Source: a virus (lineage: Duplodnaviria; Caudoviricetes). From it: a stretch of DNA of 30,695 nucleotides. A model generated the notes under the pieces. That model had not been told where the DNA came from. It ran no database searches and saw only the letters and a program-made list of their open reading frames with translations. The stretch is from IMG/VR virus record IMGVR_UViG_3300012942_000104, positions 1-30,695 of that record. One strand, written 5' to 3'. The position numbers and the translations under genes were made by a program. Below, piece by piece: positions 26,331 through 30,695 of this stretch (position 1 is the stretch's first letter; every line of letters starts with the position of its first letter).

Positions 26331-26578
26331 TCCGACACAGCCCCACAAGGCCGCCGACCTGCCCACAGCCACCCAAGCCATCCGATACCGCCCGCCGACC
26401 AGCATACCCGCCGAAAACGCACAGAATGGCACCGTAGCCGGGCGCAAACCCCACCTCCGGGCAACCACACCAGCGCCCCTCTGAAACAGCCGCAGAACGG
26501 CCTTTAAACAAGATCAACAAAACCAGCCCCCGCCGGCGACTATCTTGTATAGTACTAACCACCGTAGTAAATCAGCCC

Positions 26579-26611
26579 AAAAGAAAAGCACCCCCGCTGC
26601 CGCAGGGGTGC
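26579..26611 (-). terminator. intrinsic terminator
   Basis: GCACCCCTGC-ggca-GCGGGGGTGC followed by TTTTCTTTTT. Confidence 0.85.
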
Positions 26612-26640
26612 CGTTTCTCAGTCACGCCGCCGACTGGCCC

Positions 26641-26787
26641 TCACACACGCTCGTGTTCGCCGGTGTACGGGCTCTCGCATTCCCGCTCGCCGGAGTAATC
26701 CACCCAGGCGTAGAAAACCCCGGCTTCCTCATCGGCGGGAACACAAGTCAGCTCCTCGCCGCAGTAGCGGCAGACCGGGAGATTCAC
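26641..26787 (-). CDS. small zinc-binding-like protein (48 aa)
   Basis: MNLPVCRYCGEEL...C...H; GTGA overlap. Confidence 0.6.
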   Translation of the reverse strand: MNLPVCRYCGEELTCVPADEEAGVFYAWVDYSGERECESPYTGEHERV

Positions 26788-26945
26788 AGATATCCACCGA
26801 TCTCGACCGGCTTAACGGCCTCACGCTTGACTTCCAGGATCAGGCCGGTAGTGGTCACTACCTGAGCCTTGTCCGGGGCCGTAGCGACGACCTGAGCGGT
26901 CGTCCCGGCCACAATCACGACATCGCCCTTCTCAACCTCAGTCAT
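26784..26945 (-). CDS. small SH3/KOW-like beta-barrel protein (53 aa)
   Basis: MTEVEKGDVVIVAGTTAQVV...; GGAG RBS. Confidence 0.6.
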   Translation of the reverse strand: MTEVEKGDVVIVAGTTAQVVATAPDKAQVVTTTGLILEVKREAVKPVEIGGYL

Positions 26946-27444
26946 TGTAGGTCTCTCCGTTTAATAGGCGACGAATGGTCCGTTTGCTGATCCCGTACAC
27001 TGCGGACAGCATCGCTTGAGTCCGCAGACCCTTAGCGAATGCCTCTCGAATTTCCTGGGCCTCAGCATTGGTGAGCTTGGCCAGGTTGCCTGTCTCACCG
27101 TGCAGTCGTGTCCCGTGCTTATGCCTGTCGGCAGCATTGCCCGCAGGAGTGTCGTATCTCAGATTGGTGGACCGGTTGTCCCAAGGCTTGCCGTTGTCGT
27201 GGCAGACGTGCATTCCCTCCGGCCTGGGCCCTATGTAGGCTTCGGCCACAAGGTGTGGGATCACTCGGGTCCGGCTCTTGCCGTCCACCCTGAGGACAAC
27301 CCGAGGATAGCCGTACTTGTCAAAATAAGGCTTTAGCCACCCTCCGGCCGCGCCCTGCCGTTTCGGTGCCCACACGTACCCATCATCACTGACCACATAG
27401 TCAGGGAATCCGGGTACGCGTCTGGTCTGGAATACCTGTCGCAT
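26938..27444 (-). CDS. NUMOD4-HNH homing endonuclease with C-terminal HTH
   Basis: VPGFPDYVVSDDGYV, HLVAEAYIGPRPEGMHVCHDNGKPWDNRSTNLRY, AKLT...IR motifs. Confidence 0.92.
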   Translation of the reverse strand: MRQVFQTRRVPGFPDYVVSDDGYVWAPKRQGAAGGWLKPYFDKYGYPRVVLRVDGKSRTRVIPHLVAEAYIGPRPEGMHVCHDNGKPWDNRSTNLRYDTPAGNAADRHKHGTRLHGETGNLAKLTNAEAQEIREAFAKGLRTQAMLSAVYGISKRTIRRLLNGETYND

Positions 27445-27454
27445 GGCGCACAGC

Positions 27455-28333
27455 TTACCCAATGTAAGAGGTCGCCAAACCTCGGGCATCCTCATCAGTC
27501 ATGAATAGAAACTGGGTCTCCTTAGCCACATTGTGAGAGACCAGGAATCCCCGGCCGCGCTGCGGCGGAGCGGGCTGGTAACGCCCAGCGTCTGGGACCA
27601 GCCAGCGCCACGCGCTAAGCGAGTAGTTCACCATAGCCTTGACGCCGAAGTTGTCCACGGCCTCCTGACCGCCGAGAGCCTGCCGGGTGGCGAGCTGAGC
27701 GGTAGCGATCATGTGCACGCGGCAGGCACGGCCGAGAAACAGAATGTCTCGGTAGGCGTCAATGGCGCCGTACTGCCCAGCAGGAACCTTTTTGTCCAGT
27801 TCCTTAATCTGAGAGAAGGTGGCGTTCATCTCTTCGGCCAAAACGACCAGGGTAGGCATTTCGAACTTCGGATTGTCGAAAGCGTCTTCCCCGTACTTCT
27901 CAATGATGGCCGTGCGCCGGTGAAGCTCATGACCGACCGAAACCAGCGCGTCCCCGATGTCGGGGAGCGTCTTAGCGTACGCCACGCGGGGGAGGTCATA
28001 GGCCCATCGGTGGCTGAACCGCTTATAGTCCAGCACAGTGGCCACGCCGCCGGCATGCAAGATCTGAGAGACAGCAGCGCGAGCCATTACGGATTTACCG
28101 CCGCCGGTTCCGCCGTTCAGGATGACATGGGGCGTTTCGGAGAGATCTATATTGATCGGCTCGCCCTCACCATTCACACCCATGTGGAAGTACTGCGGGT
28201 TGTCGTTTCGGATGTGGTCCGCCGCACCGTCAAGCCCGTGTACCTCGGGGAAACGGATAGCAGCGGCGGGGGTACCAATGCCCGCATAGACACTGGCGGC
28301 GGTTTCCTTGACTCCGGGAATGATGAGCGGCAT
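27455..28333 (-). CDS. FtsK/SpoIIIE (TraB-like) ATPase domain protein
   Basis: PHVILNGGTGGGKS (Walker A), LDYK, LVVLAEE (Walker B), GRACRVHMIATAQ; ATG at 28333 with GAGGAG RBS. Confidence 0.85.
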   Translation of the reverse strand: MPLIIPGVKETAASVYAGIGTPAAAIRFPEVHGLDGAADHIRNDNPQYFHMGVNGEGEPINIDLSETPHVILNGGTGGGKSVMARAAVSQILHAGGVATVLDYKRFSHRWAYDLPRVAYAKTLPDIGDALVSVGHELHRRTAIIEKYGEDAFDNPKFEMPTLVVLAEEMNATFSQIKELDKKVPAGQYGAIDAYRDILFLGRACRVHMIATAQLATRQALGGQEAVDNFGVKAMVNYSLSAWRWLVPDAGRYQPAPPQRGRGFLVSHNVAKETQFLFMTDEDARGLATSYIG

Positions 28334-28338
28334 TTCAG

Positions 28339-28566
28339 TTACTCCTCTGTGGTTTCTTCGTCGTCTTCGTCTAGGTCTTCCTCGACCATTGACATGTAAT
28401 CGCTGACACCGACTCGGAATGCGACCGGGTCTACCGCCTTTAGCAGATAACCCGGGTCGTAATCGTACCCACAGACGCTGACGACTTCGTAACAGTCGTT
28501 CAACATCTCCTCGTACATGTCTTCCCACTCGTATTGAGTGAGAGCGTCGAATTCCTCGCGGTTCAT
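28339..28566 (-). CDS. small acidic hypothetical protein
   Basis: 75 aa; LLKAVDPVAFRVG; GGAG RBS. Confidence 0.75.
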   Translation of the reverse strand: MNREEFDALTQYEWEDMYEEMLNDCYEVVSVCGYDYDPGYLLKAVDPVAFRVGVSDYMSMVEEDLDEDDEETTEE

Positions 28567-28628
28567 CTGTCTCCGTCTTCTTCCCAGACGACATGCTCAC
28601 CGGACATAAAGGCAAAGATGTGGCTCAT
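28563..28628 (-). CDS. 21-aa mini-ORF
   Basis: MSHIFAFMSGEHVVWEEDGDR with ATGA overlaps at both ends. Confidence 0.5.
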   Translation of the reverse strand: MSHIFAFMSGEHVVWEEDGDR

Positions 28629-28855
28629 GCGTGACTCAACTGCCCCTGCTCGTAAGCGACTTGGGCATCCTCGTACCCTCGCCAGAACGGATCTCCTTGG
28701 TCCTCAGTCGGCGGGATCAGGTTGGGCGCCTCACCCCTCTCCCACAGGAGGGCGTCATCCTGGCCGGCTCGCCAACCAGCCGCGTACTGATCGGCTGCAC
28801 GGTCGTCGAACACGTCAACGTCGCCGTCGTAGTCGTAGGCGTCATGGCTGGTCAT
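28625..28855 (-). CDS. small acidic hypothetical protein
   Basis: 76 aa; YAAGWRAG and FWRGYED motifs; ATGA overlap. Confidence 0.7.
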   Translation of the reverse strand: MTSHDAYDYDGDVDVFDDRAADQYAAGWRAGQDDALLWERGEAPNLIPPTEDQGDPFWRGYEDAQVAYEQGQLSHA

Positions 28856-29049
28856 GATGTCTCCCGCTCGTAGAAGTGGAACAGCTCAGTGGCCATGCTG
28901 TGAGCCTTCAGACTTTCGACAGCGTGGCGGTTGCCGTCGTGGGCTTGCTGGTACAGGTCCGGGTGCGCATCGCGCGACTGAAACCAGTACCGGGCCTCTG
29001 TCAGGGTTTCCTGCTGGCGCTCGTATGCTGCGAAGACGCTGACGATCAT
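28852..29049 (-). CDS. hypothetical protein
   Basis: 65 aa; GAGGGAG RBS; ATGA overlaps. Confidence 0.7.
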   Translation of the reverse strand: MIVSVFAAYERQQETLTEARYWFQSRDAHPDLYQQAHDGNRHAVESLKAHSMATELFHFYERETS

Positions 29050-29225
29050 TCGGTGTGCGCTCCCTCTCCGATCATGTTGACGACCACTCCGGGTCGTACG
29101 CGGCTCAGTTCCTGGGCGTACGCGGTGGCCGCTTCCATTGATGACCAGCCGGCATACTCATGCTTCCGGTCCTCTTCCGGAACGCCTTCCTTGGGCATCC
29201 AAGCCTCAGTGACGATGTAAGCCAT
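29046..29225 (-). CDS. hypothetical protein (59 aa)
   Basis: MAYIVTEAW...; GAGAGG RBS. Confidence 0.7.
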   Translation of the reverse strand: MAYIVTEAWMPKEGVPEEDRKHEYAGWSSMEAATAYAQELSRVRPGVVVNMIGEGAHTE

Positions 29226-29300
29226 TGTCTTGCCTCTCTGTGCGTTTCGGTGCGGCCAACACAGCGACCCACCCTTTAGGGGTGGACCACTGAGATGGGA

Positions 29301-29480
29301 TCACCTCCGGGCAGCGTTCGCTGCCACCTGGGCTGACAGGGGACGGTGGTAGGACTCGGCGATGGCGTCAGCCGCTGCCAGAATCCTGCGACGCTCGTTG
29401 TACTCAAGATCCGCCAGGGCGTAGATCAGGTCCTCGGTGGTCGGGTCATCGTAGGAGGTGCGACAGAAGTCGGGGTCCAC
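29301..29480 (-). CDS. hypothetical protein (59 aa)
   Basis: GTG at 29480 after AGGAAG; DPDFCRTSY... Confidence 0.6.
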   Translation of the reverse strand: MDPDFCRTSYDDPTTEDLIYALADLEYNERRRILAAADAIAESYHRPLSAQVAANAARR

Positions 29481-29481
29481 G

Positions 29482-29622
29482 TCAGTCTTCCTTGTGGTAG
29501 GTGCGGCCGGGGGCGTAGTACTTGACCTGTTCGATGGGGTGATCATCGGGGTCCGGGACGCTCTGCACGTCGTAGCCACGTTCTTCGGTCGTGTCAACGC
29601 TCTGAAAGCGGTTCTCACGCAT
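29482..29622 (-). CDS. hypothetical protein (46 aa)
   Basis: MRENRFQSVDTTEERGYDV...; fills the gap exactly. Confidence 0.6.
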   Translation of the reverse strand: MRENRFQSVDTTEERGYDVQSVPDPDDHPIEQVKYYAPGRTYHKED

Positions 29623-29860
29623 CGGGGAACACATCCTCTCGGTAGAGGTGGAACTTCCGCCAGTGGTCGTTCATTCGAGTGTACGCCGCGTTCTCCGCCC
29701 GCTGAGCGGAGTTGAAGTACGAGAGCACCACCGGACTCGCTTCGTCCCGTAGAAGAGCCTGTGTGGCCTCTTCGTGGGCTGCCTGCCAGTCGGCGTGCAG
29801 CTCGCGGGCCTCTTGGATGTACCAAGCGTCAGGGTCGTGCGGTTCAAGCGGTGCGGACAT
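29615..29860 (-). CDS. hypothetical protein
   Basis: 81 aa; AGGGAG RBS. Confidence 0.7.
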   Translation of the reverse strand: MSAPLEPHDPDAWYIQEARELHADWQAAHEEATQALLRDEASPVVLSYFNSAQRAENAAYTRMNDHWRKFHLYREDVFPDA

Positions 29861-29871
29861 CTTAACTCCCT

Positions 29872-30261
29872 TTAGAACAGCGCCAGTTGGTTCGGGTCAA
29901 CTCGGGGCGGGACCGGTTCGGGGTAGAAGCACTCCCCGCCATCCCAATCGCCCGAGTCGTCAGCGATCAAATCCATGTCCCATCCATTCTCGCTCATCAG
30001 AACGGGGACCTCAGTCAGGCCGAGATCGATCGCTGCGGCCAGTCGGTGATGACCATCACCCATGTACCGATCGAAGCCTTCCATGTAGGACGTGAGCGGC
30101 CGCATAAAACCATTCTCGCGAAGGGCTTCCACAACCTTGGGGTAGTGCTCATCCTCGCGCTTCCAGCGGAGCACCTCCTTAAGGCGCACGCCCGCGCTGT
30201 CGCACGATCTCCAGTTCATCATCTCGTCCACCGGGACCCAGCGCACGACTCCGGACACCAT
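29872..30261 (-). CDS. ParB/Srx-like N-terminal domain protein
   Basis: LRENGFMRPL...DGHHRLAAAIDLGLTEVPV. Confidence 0.85.
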   Translation of the reverse strand: MVSGVVRWVPVDEMMNWRSCDSAGVRLKEVLRWKREDEHYPKVVEALRENGFMRPLTSYMEGFDRYMGDGHHRLAAAIDLGLTEVPVLMSENGWDMDLIADDSGDWDGGECFYPEPVPPRVDPNQLALF

Positions 30262-30425
30262 CAGAAAGACCGCCTCAGATTCGACCACACGGGGCGACCG
30301 GTGGCGTTCGCGACCATTACCATTCCCTCGGTGCGCTGAGCCGTGTGAACGGCCTCAGAGCGGGTCTGGTGGGTGCTTACCGTCTTCACGGTGCCGTTGG
30401 AAGCGGCACGCTTCACTTCGTACAT
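30261..30425 (-). CDS. hypothetical protein (54 aa)
   Basis: MYEVKRAASNG...; GAAGGAAG RBS; TGATG overlap with the ParB-like gene. Confidence 0.7.
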   Translation of the reverse strand: MYEVKRAASNGTVKTVSTHQTRSEAVHTAQRTEGMVMVANATGRPVWSNLRRSF

Positions 30426-30454
30426 GGCGACTTCCTTCGGATTGATGTGATGAG

Positions 30455-30620
30455 GACCGGCCCTAGCAGTGACGTAACCCCTCGGTCAAGAGGGCGTGTG
30501 CCGTACCGGGGTGTTAACCGGGTCAACGCTTCCATGCCTTCCGGTGGAGCCTGCGTTGCCCTACCCGCTATGCCTAGCGGGGCTCTGCTGTGCCGTTCAC
30601 CAGGTGACTAGCCCGGTGTG
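30455..30620 (-). ncRNA. candidate structured RNA (multibranch)
   Basis: Five hairpins, two with GNRA loops, and a long-range closing helix; no credible ORF. Confidence 0.5.
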
Positions 30621-30636
30621 CAGCGATTTAAGTCGG

Positions 30637-30695
30637 TGGCAATGACCGGAGTCGAACCGGCTTGGGGTGAGTTGCACTGACGCCCTGCGTCCTTA
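30637..30695 (-). tRNA. tRNA-like element, 3' part only (truncated by window end)
   Basis: T-arm GCCGG-TTCGACT-CCGGT, then 7-nt acceptor strand CATTGCC plus A; anticodon arm irregular; no encoded CCA. Confidence 0.5.

Noticed and set aside
28334-28615. N-terminal extension of the FtsK ORF in the track (386 aa)
   Set aside because: It overlaps a better acidic ORF (28339..28566), and ATG 28333 has a good RBS
30440-30470. TGATGAG on the plus strand as a hammerhead ribozyme core
   Set aside because: It lacks the C of CUGAnGA, and no matching GAAA/stem arrangement was found

Overview
This window is part of a tailed dsDNA (siphovirus-type) phage genome. The host is most likely an actinobacterium such as Streptomyces, inferred from codon style, GGAGG RBSs, HrdB/SigA-type promoters and a DUF1876-like gene. 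Positions 1-17846 (minus strand) hold an intact virion module: TerS, TerL, portal, scaffold, major capsid, a decoration-like protein, head-tail joining genes, two paralogous tail-tube-like genes, a tail assembly chaperone with an apparent +1 frameshift, an inserted endonuclease VII, a tape measure protein with an SLT domain, and minor tail proteins. Positions 17965-24045 (plus strand) form a divergent operon of small genes, including thyX, an interrupted HAD/PNKP-type phosphatase and several Cys-rich miniproteins. After a second endoVII, 24664-25620 is a roughly 0.9-kb non-coding, AT-rich, strand-skewed and repeat-dense region that looks like a replication origin with its own promoter. Positions 25491-30425 (minus strand) hold small genes, a NUMOD4-HNH nuclease, an FtsK/TraB-like ATPase and a ParB-like protein. 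Upstream of these, at the window edge, lie a candidate multibranch structured RNA and a tRNA-like element. All product calls come from motif recognition by eye; no database searches were run.
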